Shown here piece by piece: positions 33,703-45,479 of a stretch of 64,000 nucleotides of DNA. Numbering within the stretch: position 1 is the first letter of the stretch; every line of letters starts with the position of its first letter. The notes beneath the pieces are model-generated. The model was given only the letters and a program-made list of their open reading frames with translations, was not told where the DNA came from and did no database searches. Source of the stretch: Pristiophorus japonicus (Eukaryota). The stretch is taken from assembly GCF_044704955.1 (NCBI RefSeq), contig NC_091996.1:17856001-17920000 (forward strand), given 5' to 3'. Both the position numbers and the translations under genes were made by a program.

Positions 33703-34401
33703 GTGGAGCCCAACAGGAAGAGCAGTGCAAGAAAGATAGTGCAGGAGTCCCCTGTGGTCATCCCCCTGCAAAACAGATACACTGCTTTGAGTACTGTTGG
33801 GGAGGATGACTCATCAGGGGAGGGCAGCAGCAGCCAAGTTCATGGCACCGTAGGTGGCTCTGCTGCAAAGGAGGGCAGGAAAAAGAGTGGGAGCGCGATA
33901 GTGATAGGGGATTCGATGGTGAGGGGAATAGATAGGCGTTTCTGCGGACGCAACCGAGACTCCAGGATGGTATGTTGCCTCCCTGGTGCAAGGGTCAAGG
34001 ATGTCTCGGAGCGGGTGCAGGACATTCTGAAATGGGAGGGAGAACAGCCAGTTGTCGTGGTGCACATTGGTACCAACGACATAGGTAAAAAAAGGGATGA
34101 GGTCCTACGAAAAGAATTTAAGGAGCTAGGAGCTAAATTAAAAAGTAGGACCTCAAAAGTAGTAATCTCGGGATTGCTACCAGTGCCACGTGCTAGTCAG
34201 AGTAGGAATCGCAGGATAGCGCAGATGAATACATGGCTTGAGCAGTGGTGCAGCAGGGAGGGATTCAAATTCTTGGGGCATTGGAACCGGTTCTGGGGGA
34301 GGTGGGACCAGTACAAACCGGACGGTCTGCACCTGGGCAGGTCCGGAACCAATGTCCTAGGGGGAGTGTTTGCTAGTGCTGTTGGGGAGGAGTTAAACTA
34401 A
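33703..34401 (+). CDS. CR1 ORF1 C-terminal half (SGNH/GDSL esterase domain)
   Basis: GDSMVRG (block I), CLPGARV, HIGTNDI (block III) and DGLHL (block V). The N-terminal zinc finger seen at 15826 is missing. Confidence 0.9.
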   Translation: MEPNRKSSARKIVQESPVVIPLQNRYTALSTVGEDDSSGEGSSSQVHGTVGGSAAKEGRKKSGSAIVIGDSMVRGIDRRFCGRNRDSRMVCCLPGARVKDVSERVQDILKWEGEQPVVVVHIGTNDIGKKRDEVLRKEFKELGAKLKSRTSKVVISGLLPVPRASQSRNRRIAQMNTWLEQWCSREGFKFLGHWNRFWGRWDQYKPDGLHLGRSGTNVLGGVFASAVGEELN

Positions 34402-34403
34402 TA

Positions 34404-37364
34404 TTGCAGGGGGATGGGAACCTATACAGGGAGACAGAGGGAGACAAAAAGGAGGCAAAAGCAAAAGACAGAAAGGAGATGAGGAAAAGTGGAGGGCAGA
34501 GAAACCCAAGGCAAAGAACAAAAAGGGCCACTGTACAGCAAAATTCTAAAAGGACAAAGGGTGTTAAAAAAGCAAGCCTGAAGGCTTTGTGTCTTAATGC
34601 AAGGAGTATCCGCAATAAGGTGGATGAATTAATTGTGCAAATAGATGTTAACAAATATGTTGTGATTGGGATTACGGAGACGTGGCTCCAGGATGATCAG
34701 GGCTGGGAACACAACATCCAGGGGTATTCAACATTCAGGAAGGATAGAATAAAAGGAAAAGGAGGTGGGGTAGCATTGCTGGTTAAAGAGGAGATTAATG
34801 CAATAGTTAGGAAAGACATTAGCTTGGATGATGTGGAATCTATATGGGTAGAGCTGCAGAACACTAAAGGGCAAAAATCGTTAGTGGGAGTTGTGTACAG
34901 ACCTCCAAACAGTAGTAGTGATGTTGGGGAGGGCATCAAACAGGAAATTAGGAGTGCATGCAATAAAGGTACAGCAGTTATAATGGGTGACTTTAATATG
35001 CACATAGATTGGGCTAGCCAAACTGGAAGCAATACGGTGGAGGAAGATTTCCTGGAATGCATAAGGGATGGTTTTCTAGACCAATATGTCGAGGAACCAA
35101 CTAGGGGGGAGGCCATCTTAGACTGGGTGTTGTGTAATGAGAGAGGATTAATTAGCAATCTCATTGTGCGAGGCCCCTTGGGGAAGAGTGACCATAATAT
35201 GGTGGAATTCTGCATTAGGATGGAGAATGAAACAGTTAATTCAGAGACCATGGTCCAGAACTTAAAGAAGGGTAACTTTGAAGGTATGAGGCATGAATTG
35301 GCTAAGATAGATTGGCTAATGATACTTAAGGGGTTGACTGTGGATGGGCAATGGCAGACATTTAGAGAACGCATGGATGAATTACAACAATTGTACATTC
35401 CTGTCTGGCGTAAAAATAAAAAAGGGAAGGTGGCTCAACCGTGGCTATCTAGGGAAATCAGGGATAGTATTAAAGCCAAGGAGGTGGCATACAAATTGGC
35501 CAGAAATAGCAGCGAACCTGGGGACTGGGAGAAATTTAGAACTCAGCAGAGGAGGACAAAGGGTTTGATTAGGGTAGGGAAAATGGAGTACGAGAAGAAG
35601 CTTGCAGGGAACATTAAGGCGGATTGCAAAAGTTTCTATAGGTATGTAAAGAGAAAGAGGTTAGTAAAGACAAACGTAGGTCCCCTGCAGTCAGAATCAG
35701 GGGAAGTCATAACGGGGAACAAAGAAATGGCAGACCAATTGAACAAGTACTTTGGTTCAGTATTCACTAAGGAGGACACAAACAACCTTCCGGATATAAA
35801 AGTGGTCAGAGGGTCTATTAAGGAGGAGGAACTGAGGGAAATCTTTATTAGTCGGGAAATTGTGTTGGGGAAATTGATGGGATTGAAGGCCGATAAATCC
35901 CCAGGGCCTGATGGACTGCATCCCAGAGTACTTAAGGAGGTGGCCTTGGAAATAGCGGATGCATTGACAGTTATTTTCCAACATTCCATTGACTCTGGAT
36001 CAGTTCCTATCGAGTGGAGGGTAGCCAATGTAACCCCACTTTTTAAAAAAGGAGGGAGAGAGAAAGCAGGGAATTATAGACCGGTCAGCCTGACCTCAGT
36101 AGTGGGTAAAATGATGGAATCAATTATTAAGGATGTCATAGCAGCGCATTTGGAAAATGGTGACATGATAGGTCCAAGTCAGCATGGATTTGTAAAAGGG
36201 AGATCATGCTTGACAAATCTTCTGGAATTTTTTGAGGATGTTTCCAATAAAGTGGACAAAGGAGTACCAGTTGATGTGGTATATTTGGACTTTCAGAAGG
36301 CTTTCGACAAGGTCCCACACAGGAGATTAATGTGCAAAGTTAAAGCACATGGGATTGGGGGTAGTGTGCTGACGTGGATTGAGAACTGGTTGTCAGACAG
36401 GAAGCAAAGAGTAGGAGTAAATGGGTACTTTTCGGAATGGCAGGCAGTGACTAGTGGGGTACCGCAGGGTTCTGTGCTGGGGCCCCAGCTGTTTACATTG
36501 TACATTAATGATTTAGACGAGGGGATTAAATGTAGTATCTCCAAATTTGCGGATGACACTAAGTTGGGTGGCAGTGTGAGCTGCGAGGAGGATGCTATGA
36601 GGCTACAGAGTGACTTGGATAGGTTAGGTGAGTGGGCAAATGCGTGGCAGATGAAGTATAATGTGGATAAATGTGAGGTTATCCACTTTGGTGGTAAAAA
36701 CAGAGAGACAGACTATTATCTGAATGGTGACAGATTAGGAAAAGGGAAGGTGCAACGAGACCTGGGTGTCATGGTACATCAGTCATTGAAGGTTGGCATG
36801 CAGGTACAGCAGGCGGTTAAGAAAGCAAATGGCATGTTGGCCCTCATAGCGAGGGGATTTGAGTACAGGGGCAGGGAGGTGTTGCTACAGTTGTACAGGG
36901 CTTTGGTGAGGCCACACCTGGAGTATTGTGTACAGTTTTGGTCTCCTAACTTGAGGAAGGACATACTTGCTGTTGAGGGAGTGCAGCGAAGATTCACCAG
37001 ACTGATTCCCGGGATGGTGGGACTGACCTATCAAGAAAGACTGAATCAACTGGGCTTGTATTCACTGGAGTTCAGAAGAGTGAGAGGGGACCTCATAGAA
37101 ACGTTTAAGATTCTGACGGGTTTGGACAGGTTGGATGCAGGAAGAATGTTCCCAATGTTGGGGAAGTCCAGAACCAGGGGTCACAGTCTAAGGATAAGGG
37201 GTAAGCCATTTAGGACCGAGATAAGGAGAAACTTCTTCACCCAGAGAGTGGTGAACCTGTGGAATTCTCTACCACAGGAAGTAGTTGAGGCCAATTCACT
37301 AAATATATTCAAAAGGGAGTTAGATGAAGTCCTTACTACTCGGGGATCAAGGGGTATGGCGTGA
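34404..37364 (+). CDS. CR1 ORF2: APE endonuclease plus reverse transcriptase, 986 codons open
   Basis: CLNARSIRNK, ITETWL, GDFN and SDHN (EN); [23 protein letters not shown] and FADDTK (RT). Only a frameshift in the last codons (TRGSRGMA vs TRGIKGYGEKAGMGY in sister copies). The ORF-track start is TTG, not ATG. Confidence 0.95.
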   Translation: MQGDGNLYRETEGDKKEAKAKDRKEMRKSGGQRNPRQRTKRATVQQNSKRTKGVKKASLKALCLNARSIRNKVDELIVQIDVNKYVVIGITETWLQDDQGWEHNIQGYSTFRKDRIKGKGGGVALLVKEEINAIVRKDISLDDVESIWVELQNTKGQKSLVGVVYRPPNSSSDVGEGIKQEIRSACNKGTAVIMGDFNMHIDWASQTGSNTVEEDFLECIRDGFLDQYVEEPTRGEAILDWVLCNERGLISNLIVRGPLGKSDHNMVEFCIRMENETVNSETMVQNLKKGNFEGMRHELAKIDWLMILKGLTVDGQWQTFRERMDELQQLYIPVWRKNKKGKVAQPWLSREIRDSIKAKEVAYKLARNSSEPGDWEKFRTQQRRTKGLIRVGKMEYEKKLAGNIKADCKSFYRYVKRKRLVKTNVGPLQSESGEVITGNKEMADQLNKYFGSVFTKEDTNNLPDIKVVRGSIKEEELREIFISREIVLGKLMGLKADKSPGPDGLHPRVLKEVALEIADALTVIFQHSIDSGSVPIEWRVANVTPLFKKGGREKAGNYRPVSLTSVVGKMMESIIKDVIAAHLENGDMIGPSQHGFVKGRSCLTNLLEFFEDVSNKVDKGVPVDVVYLDFQKAFDKVPHRRLMCKVKAHGIGGSVLTWIENWLSDRKQRVGVNGYFSEWQAVTSGVPQGSVLGPQLFTLYINDLDEGIKCSISKFADDTKLGGSVSCEEDAMRLQSDLDRLGEWANAWQMKYNVDKCEVIHFGGKNRETDYYLNGDRLGKGKVQRDLGVMVHQSLKVGMQVQQAVKKANGMLALIARGFEYRGREVLLQLYRALVRPHLEYCVQFWSPNLRKDILAVEGVQRRFTRLIPGMVGLTYQERLNQLGLYSLEFRRVRGDLIETFKILTGLDRLDAGRMFPMLGKSRTRGHSLRIRGKPFRTEIRRNFFTQRVVNLWNSLPQEVVEANSLNIFKRELDEVLTTRGSRGMA

Positions 37365-38769
37365 AAGCAGGAAGTGGGTACTGAAGTTTCATGTTCAGCC
37401 ATGAACTCGTTGAATGGCGGTGCAGGCTAGAAGGGCTGAATGGCCTGCTCCTGCACCTATTTTCTATGTTTCTATGTTTCTATATTATCTGCCATGTTTG
37501 GTGGGTAATTGAAATTGGCAGGTAATTTGAATTCTTCACATACAGCAATACCCTCGGAACAAGCAACGAAAGAAGCACTCTGCATTTTTATGCGCCAAAA
37601 AAGATGAAATACAAACGACAAAAGGAAGTTGTGCAGTTATTCAATACCTCTGGCATTTCTTTTTCCTGCGAAAATGACTGAACAATGGTGGTTCCACAGT
37701 ATGTCCACTTAAATTAAGGCAAGCACAAAGCTGTACACTTGGGTTATAGACTTGTGACCTTCGGAGCTTGCATTGTGTCAAAGCAGTGTATTTTGAGGTA
37801 GGGTGAAGTACTATTGGCTACAAGTCTGTTAGTAGTTGTAGCAATTTGAGGTGACGATTGAGGAGCTTTTGCTTAAATTATATTTTTTGGCTTTCGTGTA
37901 TTCGAACCAATTTGCTAAATAAGCCGAATGAAGGCTCTGGCATATCAGTATTGTATTTTCATGACCATAGATACGATCAACACATCATTTTTATAAAAGC
38001 AAAGTATTTTTAAACTTTCCATTTGGATGTGGCAGCAGACTTCATGGAGGCTGCAGTGCCTGTATTGTGCAAGAGATCAGAGAACAATAAGTTCAAGGCA
38101 AAGTTCACAGACAAACTTTAAAAATGTCCTTGCTCTAAATTGAAAGGCAAAATCTTGCTGTGTATTGGGATTAAGACACTGACAAAATTGTAGCGATTGG
38201 AGCCGACAGGCAGTCACACTGTCTGATATGAAAGGAAGTTTCATTGAGAATTTATCATCAGCTTGCTGGACTCTTCCTATTGTATCGCAGTCCACTGCCA
38301 AGATTTGTGCATGCAATTGTTCTAAGATGATGTGTGTTGTAAATCTGACGACAAACCCGGGAGCCAAGGTCTAACGGCATTTGAGGCGTAGCAACTACCC
38401 ATCCTGTTCTTTTTTTCTTTGTTTTCAGTTTTAAAATATATTAAATTCATCAGTAAAATTTTTTAAAAGATTTTAACTTGCCAGAAAGCTTTTCTGGATT
38501 GCTCAAAAACAATTTTGATTTTAGTCTTGCGCAATATTATTTTTCTCCCGGTGTATTTGAGGCCCTTTCAGTCTACGCCATTGTCACAGTAGAAGGCAGG
38601 CGGGTAATCTGTTTTTGGTACTCTGCAGTGGTTGCTACTCCATAACCGGAGTGTCCTCTGGTAAAACATGCCCTTTGGTTTTTAACAAGGGCTTAGCACA
38701 AGTGTAGAGTTCACCATGTGATGAGCGGTGGGGGTGACTCCTGTTCCGTGGAACAATCAGCTAATAAAA

Positions 38770-39220
38770 AAAAACAGACTTACGTTTATATAGTGCCTTT
38801 CATGACGACTGGATGTCCCAAAGCGCTTTACAGCCAATTAAATACTTTTTGAAGTGTCATTGTTGTAATGTAAGAAACGTGGTGCCCAATTTGTGCACAG
38901 CAAGCTCCCACAAATAGCTATGTGATAATGGGCAGATCAGCTGTTTTAGTGATGGGGATAAATCAGGACACTGGGGATAACTCCCCTGCTCCTCTTCGAA
39001 ATAGTGGCTATCGGATCTTTAACACCCACCTGAGAGCACAGACGAGCCTTGGTTTCACGTCTCATCCGCAAGACGGCACCTCTGACAGTGCAGCATTCCC
39101 TCTGCACTGGAGTGTCGGCCTAGTTTTTTTTGTGCTCCAGTCTCTGAAGTGAGACTTGAACTCGCAACCTTCAGATTCCTGAGGCGAGGGTGCTACCACC
39201 CACTGAGCTACAGCTGACAC
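38770..39220 (-). mobile_element. Deu-domain SINE, near full length
   Basis: tRNA-like head on the minus strand (gtagctcagtgggtggtagcac...ttgcgagttcaagtc), Deu core and L2-like tail. Confidence 0.8.
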
Positions 39221-40530
39221 TTGACCAATAGACCAAAGAAGTGCACCACTGAGCCAAAAGTAGCAGTTTTCTTTGCAATAATATAATTTACGACGAAGTG
39301 TATCCGGAAGTGACACGATGCTGGTTCATGGCTGCAGTTCCCTACCTGATGAGTTCCCAGTTTCAGTTATATCCTTATGGTGGAGCACTTCTCTCCATGA
39401 AGAAGGAGCAAATCTCTGAGAGTCAGCCCGGAAGGCTACTTAAAAGTAGCAGGGGCTTGGGAGCAGCTGATGGGCTTGGTTGAGCATGGTGTAGCCGTAC
39501 CGATGGAGGGAGAAGAGGGGCAAGGGAATATAGCTGAAAATGGGGATGTGGGAATCGAGAGCGAGTTAAAAAGAACTTGGTTAAACCCGTGAAAGCAGTT
39601 TCAAAGATAATAAGATGGATTGAAAAGCTGAAAAATTGTAGAGCAAAGTTTAAATTGGACCCTGTTTAATGGCTTTTTTAAGAAAATCAAGGACTGCTTA
39701 GTTAGAACTGTAATACTTTCTCTTTCGACCCCCCCCCGACTTGTTTCAGTTTTTATTTTGAGTTTTCTATATCCATTTTTCCAGGAGCTCCGGAGTGCTG
39801 TATGGCCATGCAGCTTAAAGGGAACAGTACAACTGAAGGTCAATGTTTCCATGATTGAGCCTAGTCCTGATTTTATAAAGCATCTCTGACACACTGCACA
39901 GAGTGTGTAAACAGATGATGTTGATTATAAACCTTACTGACATTAATGTACCAGCCTAATAACGGTGCAGCTCCAGTGTTTATTGAAATCCCTATCACTG
40001 TCGGCTATCCTTTCACACAATATAGATTATTTAATATTATTTTGGTCAGCCAGATATCTGACACATGCAGAAACACAGTATATGAAGAGTTTTCAAACCA
40101 AGCTACTGAGAAATCCAGTCTTGTTTTCTGATATCAATTACCCAATTCTGGAAAATTTAGGGAGAGGTTGGCTGGTAACAACTGAGTCATGGGGATCCCT
40201 TGTGTATGCGCATGGATGCTGTCGGGAGATTAATCAGCTAAAGACATGCAGCTTACCTGCGCAGAGACGTGCAAGTTTGCTACTGCTTATTGGGCCAGAA
40301 CTACTGGGGCATTAGCTTGCAAGATATCTTGGAGTCGAGTGGGATGAAGCCAAGCCTCAATAACAGGTGCACCCTTCCAGGTTCCATTAATGAGCCAGGC
40401 TGGCTGTTCAATCAGCGGTACACTCGAGTACTGCCTAGCTCTCAAGAAATTGCCAAGTATGATTGCTTCACTCCCATTCCAGCGTTTCATTGCCAGGAGT
40501 GTCATACTAGATAGAGCCATCTCAACCCCA

Positions 40531-43500
40531 AGTGGTGCACATTGGTACCAACGATACAGGTAAAAAAAAAAGGGATGAGGTCCTACGAGACGAATTTAAG
40601 GAGCTGGGATCTAAATTAAAACGTAGGACCTCAAAAGTAGTGATCTCGGGATTGCTACCAGTGCCACAAGCTAGTCAGAGTAGGAATCGCAGGCTAGCTC
40701 AGATGAATACGTGGCTTGAGCAGTGGTGCAGCAGGGAGGGATTCAAATTCCTGGGGCATTGGAACAGGTTCTGGGGGAGGTGGGACCAGTACAAACCGGA
40801 CAGTCTGCACCTGGGCAGGACCGGAACCAATATCCTAGGGGGAGTGTTTGCTAGTGCTGTTGGGGAGGAGTTAAACTAATATGGCAGGGGGATGGGAACC
40901 AATGCAGGGAGACAGAGGGAAACAAAATGGAGACAAAAGCAAAAGACAGAAAGGAGATGAGTAAAAGTGGAGGGCAGAGAAACCCAAGGCAAAAAACAAA
41001 AAGGGCCACTTTACAGCAAAATTCTAAAGGGTCAAAGTGTAATAAAAAGGCAAGCATGAAAGCTCGGTGCCTCAATGCAAGGAGTATTCGGAACCCAGGA
41101 GAAGGCTCTGAGCTAGTTAGAGTGGGTGAGAGCTCAGATGAACAGGGCCCCAAGAAAGAATGCAAAAGGCAGGAGGCAACAGAGCAGAGTAGCACTGGGG
41201 TAAGTGTAAACCACAAGGTGATAGGAAGGGACAATATGTATGAATATAAAGGGGCTGCTGGAGGGGTCAAAACTAAAAATCATGGTTTAAAAACTAGTAT
41301 TAAAACACTCTACCTAAACGCACGCAGCATTCGAAATAAAGTAAATGAGTTGACGGCACAAATCATTACAAATGGGTATGATTTGATGGCCATTACAGAA
41401 ACGTGGTTGCAGAGTGGCCAAGACTGGGAATTAAACATACAGGGGTATCTGACAATTCGGAAAGATAGACAAGAAGGGAAAGGAGGTGGGGTAGCTCTGT
41501 TAATAAAGGATGATATCAGGGCAGTTGTGAGAGACGATATTGGCTCTAATGAACAAAATGTTGAATCATTGTGGGTGGAGATTAGAGATAGTAAGGGGAA
41601 AAAGTCACTGGTGGGCATAATTTATAGGCCCCCAAATAATAACTTCACGGTGGGGCGGGCAATAATCAAGGGAATAATGGAGGCATGTGAAAAAGGAATG
41701 GCAGTAATCATGGGGGATTTTAACCTACATATCGATTGGTCAAATCAAATCGCACGGGGTAGCCTTGAGGAGGAATTCATAGAATGCATACGGGATTGTT
41801 TCTTAGAACAGTATGTTACAGAACCTACAAGGGAGCAAGCTATCTTAGATCTGGTCCTGTGTCATGAGACAGGAATAATAAACTATCTCCTAGTAAAAGA
41901 TCCTCTCGGAATGAGTGATCACAGTATGGTTGAATTTGTAATACAGATTGAGGGTGAGGAAGTAGTGTCTCAAATGAGCGTACTATGCTTAAACAAAGGG
42001 GACTAAAGTGGGATGAGGGCAGAGTTGGCTAAAGTAGACTGGGAACACAGACTAAACGGTGGCACAATTGAGGAACAGTGGAGGACTTTTAAGTGGCTCT
42101 TTCATATTGCTCAACAAAAATATATTCCAGTGAAAAAGGGCGGTAAGAGAAGGGATAACCAGCATAACCGTGCATAACCAAGGAAATAAAGGAGAGTATC
42201 AGATTAAAAACCAATGTGTATAAGGTGGCCAAGGTTAGTGGGAAACTAGAAGACTGGAAAATTTTAAACGACAGCAAAGAATGACTAAGAAAGCAATAAA
42301 GAAAGGAAAGATAGATTACAAAAGTAAACTTGCGCAAAATATAAAAACAGATAGTAAAAGCTTTTACCGATATATAAAACGGAAAAGAGTGACTAAAGTA
42401 AATGTTGGTCCCTTAGAAGATGAGAAGGGGATTTAATAATGGGAAATGTGGAAATGGCTGAGACCTTAAACAATTATTTTGCTTCGGTCTTCACAGTGGA
42501 AAACACAAAAACCATGCCAAAAATTGCTGGTCACGGGAATGTGGGAAGGGAGGACCTTGAGATAATTACTATCACTAGGGGGGTAGTGCTGAATAGTCTA
42601 ATGGGACTCAAGGTAGACAAGTCCCCTGGTCCGGATGAAATGCATCCCAGGGTATTAAAAGAGATGGCGGAAGTTATAGCAGATGCATTCGTTATAATCT
42701 ACCAAAATTCTCTGGACTCTGGGGAGGTACTAGCGGATTGGAAAGCAGCTAATGTAACGCCTCTGTTTAAAAAAAAAAGCGGGGCAGACAAAAGGCAGGG
42801 AACTATAGGCCGGTTAATTTAACATCTGTAGTGGGGAAAATGCTTGAAGCTATCATTAAGGAAGAAATAGCGGGACATCTAGATAGGAATAGTGCAATCA
42901 AGCAGACGCAATGTGGATTCATGAAGGGGAAATCATGTTTAACTAATTTACTGGAATTCTTTGAGGATATAACGAGCATGGTGGATAGAGGTGTACCGAT
43001 GGATGTGATGTATTTAGATTTCCAAAAGGCATTCGGTTACTGCAGAAGATAAAGATACGCGGAGTCAGAGGAAATGTATTAGCATGGATCGAGAATTGGC
43101 TGGCTAACAGAAAGCAGAGAGTCAGGATAAATGGGTCCTTTTCGGGTTGGAAATCGGTGGTTAGTGGTGTGCCACAGGGATCGGTGCTGGGACCACAACT
43201 GTTTACAATATACATAGATGACCTGGAAGAGGGGACAGAGTGTAGTGTAACAAAATTTGCAGATGACACAAAGATTAGTGGGAAAGCGGGTTGTGTAGAG
43301 GACACAGAGAGGCTGCAAAGAGATTTAGATAGGTTAAGCGAATGGGCTAAGGTTTGGCAGATGGAATACAATGTCGGAAAATGTGAGGTCATCCACCTTG
43401 GGGGGGGAAAAAAAACAGTAAAAGGGAATATTATTTGAATGGGGAGAAATTACAACATGCTGCGGTGCAGAGGGACCTGGGGGTCCTTGTGCATGAATCC

Positions 43501-44098
43501 CAAAAAGTTAGTTTGCAGGTGCAGCAGGTAATCAGGAAGGCGAATGGAATGTTGGTCAACTTACTTAAGGAAGGATATACTAGCTTTGGAGGGGGTACAG
43601 AGACGATTCACTAGGCTGATTCCGGAGATGAGGGGGTTACCTTATAATGATAGATTGAGTAGACTGGGTCTTTACTCGTTGGAGTTCAGAAGGATTGAGG
43701 GGTGATCTTATAGAAACATTTAAAATAATGAAAGGGATAGACAAGATAGAGGTGGAGAGGTTGTTTCCACTGGTCGGAGAGACTAGAACTAGGGGGCAGA
43801 GCCTCAAAATACGGGGGAGCCAATTTAAAACCGAGTTGAGAAGGAATTTCTTCTCCCAGAGGGTTGTGAATCTGTGGAATTCTCTGCCCAAGGAAGCAGT
43901 TGAGGCTAGCTCATTGAATGTATTCAAATCACAGATAGATAGATTTTTAACCAATAAGGGAATTAAGAGTTACGGGGAGCGGGCGGGTAAGTGGAGCTGA
44001 GTCCTCGGCCAGATCAGCCATGATCTTTTTGAATGGTGGAGGAGGCTCGAGGGGCTAGATGGCCTACTCCTGTTCCTAATTCTTATGTTCTTATGTTC
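40531..44098 (+). mobile_element. Chimeric CR1 LINE (ORF1 end of one family, ORF2 of another), decayed
   Basis: ORF 40532..40879 is nearly identical to the ORF1 end at ~34060-34401. ORF 40927..42006 carries NARSIRN twice. RT fragments run to 44000; (ttcttatg)n tail. Confidence 0.92.
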
Positions 44099-44424
44099 CG
44101 CCTGCCTCTAATGTACCCCCTGCTCCCCGCCCCGCTCCTTCAGCGGATAGTGACTAGGTGATTGTAGTGTCGGTTTTCCCATTGGTAGTATTTTAATGCC
44201 GGCTACCCCTTTCATTTTAAGTGGGCTACCACTAGCATTAAAATAATGTTGAATGAAACATCTAGGCTCATGTTTTGCTGCTAGTAGCAAAACGTCAGGC
44301 AGCAGAGAGAATCTGGCGAATGAGTGGCTGGAGGTGAGCTGAACTGTCTTGAGGATCATAACTCCTGCCAGAGAGGAGTAATCCTCCCTCTTAATTGTAT
44401 TATGCTGGAAACTGCTAATTAAAT

Positions 44425-44630
44425 TAAATTTCTGCTCATCCAGTACTGGATGTCGGACAAGCGGTCTTGACAATTTAGAGACCGTGGAGATGTCGACAGA
44501 AGTGGTAGTGAGGTAGAGCTGGGTGTCATCAACGTATATATGGAAACTGACACCGTGTTTTCGGTTGATGTCGCCAAGGGGCAGTACATAGAAGATATAT
44601 AGGAGGGGGCTAAGGATAGCTCCAACAGGT
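44425..44630 (-). mobile_element. L2 RT fragment
   Basis: ILSPLLYIFYVLPLGDINRKHGVSFHIYVDDTQLYL. Confidence 0.8.
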
Positions 44631-44639
44631 GAATGTTGA

Positions 44640-44990
44640 ACTATGTAACTCAAACGGTGAATATGGTCAGGTGAAGTACTGGTGATGCTGTACAGTGCTC
44701 TGGGCAGACCGCACCTCGAGTAATGTGTCCCGTTCTGGTCATTGAGACACAAGGAAGACATTCTAGCACTGGAGGGAGTGCAGAGAGGAGCCATGAGGCT
44801 GAGCCCTAGTGTCAGCAGTCTGAGTTTTAAGGAAAGACTGGGCGAACTTAGTCTTTTCATCCTGGAAAGGAAGCGTTTGATACAGAATATTATAGAAGAG
44901 CATAATATAGTTCTGGGAATGGAAAAAGTACATTTGGAAAATTGTTGGAACTTTAGATCTTGGATGGATGGGTTAAGATGGACCAAATGA
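44640..44990 (+). mobile_element. Old CR1 fragment
   Basis: LYSALGRPHLE*CVPFWS...EDILALEGVQR. Confidence 0.7.
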
Positions 44991-45479
44991 TCTTCCTCAT
45001 GTGTGACTATCTTGTACAATGCTTTGCAGTGTTGCAGAACTATTCAAGGGTGTACTGTGGCTTTATGGTAATTAAATAGTTACTTTCATAAATTGCTATT
45101 TACTTTTTCATTTTCTCCACATCCCTCTCCTGAAAGTGTTGGTTTGTATAACTGAGGTACAACTCTGCAGGCAGGAATTGTGTTCTGGTATCGTGCCCAT
45201 GAAGCTGCTGTTTGTGTGTGAATCTCGATAGTGATTGTTCAAGGTCGTTGCAACCAAGCCAGCTCCTGTCCTCACCTGTTGCACTTCCAGTAAGCGTCGG
45301 TGTACAGTAATAACAATTGGATTTTCCCTTCCCGATCCCTGGGCTGCCGTGGCCAATTTCAGTGGCCCTAAATGCTACTCCAGCTGAGAGCTGACTTGGC
45401 ACAGACTAGGCTGAACCTGGAACCTCTCTGGTCTTTTAGCTCAGAGACCGAGGCTAACTCTGAGCCATTGGAACAGCTT

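Larger units (their letters stand above)
33703..37483 (+). mobile_element. Young CR1 LINE, 5'-truncated within ORF1
   Basis: Uninterrupted ORF1 3' half and ORF2, 3' UTR and (ttctatgt)n tail. Confidence 0.96.

Noticed and set aside
34697-37402. Recurrent antisense ORFs in CR1 copies (e.g. MSSANLEIL..., MNLRCTPS...)
   Set aside because: Shadow frames of ORF2 that recur only because the copies are homologous.
39140-39220. tRNA gene
   Set aside because: The A/B-box-like motifs are the head of a Deu-SINE; no full cloverleaf.
44108-45019. 303-aa minus-strand ORF
   Set aside because: Chance fusion of antisense CR1, an L2 RT fragment and flanking sequence.
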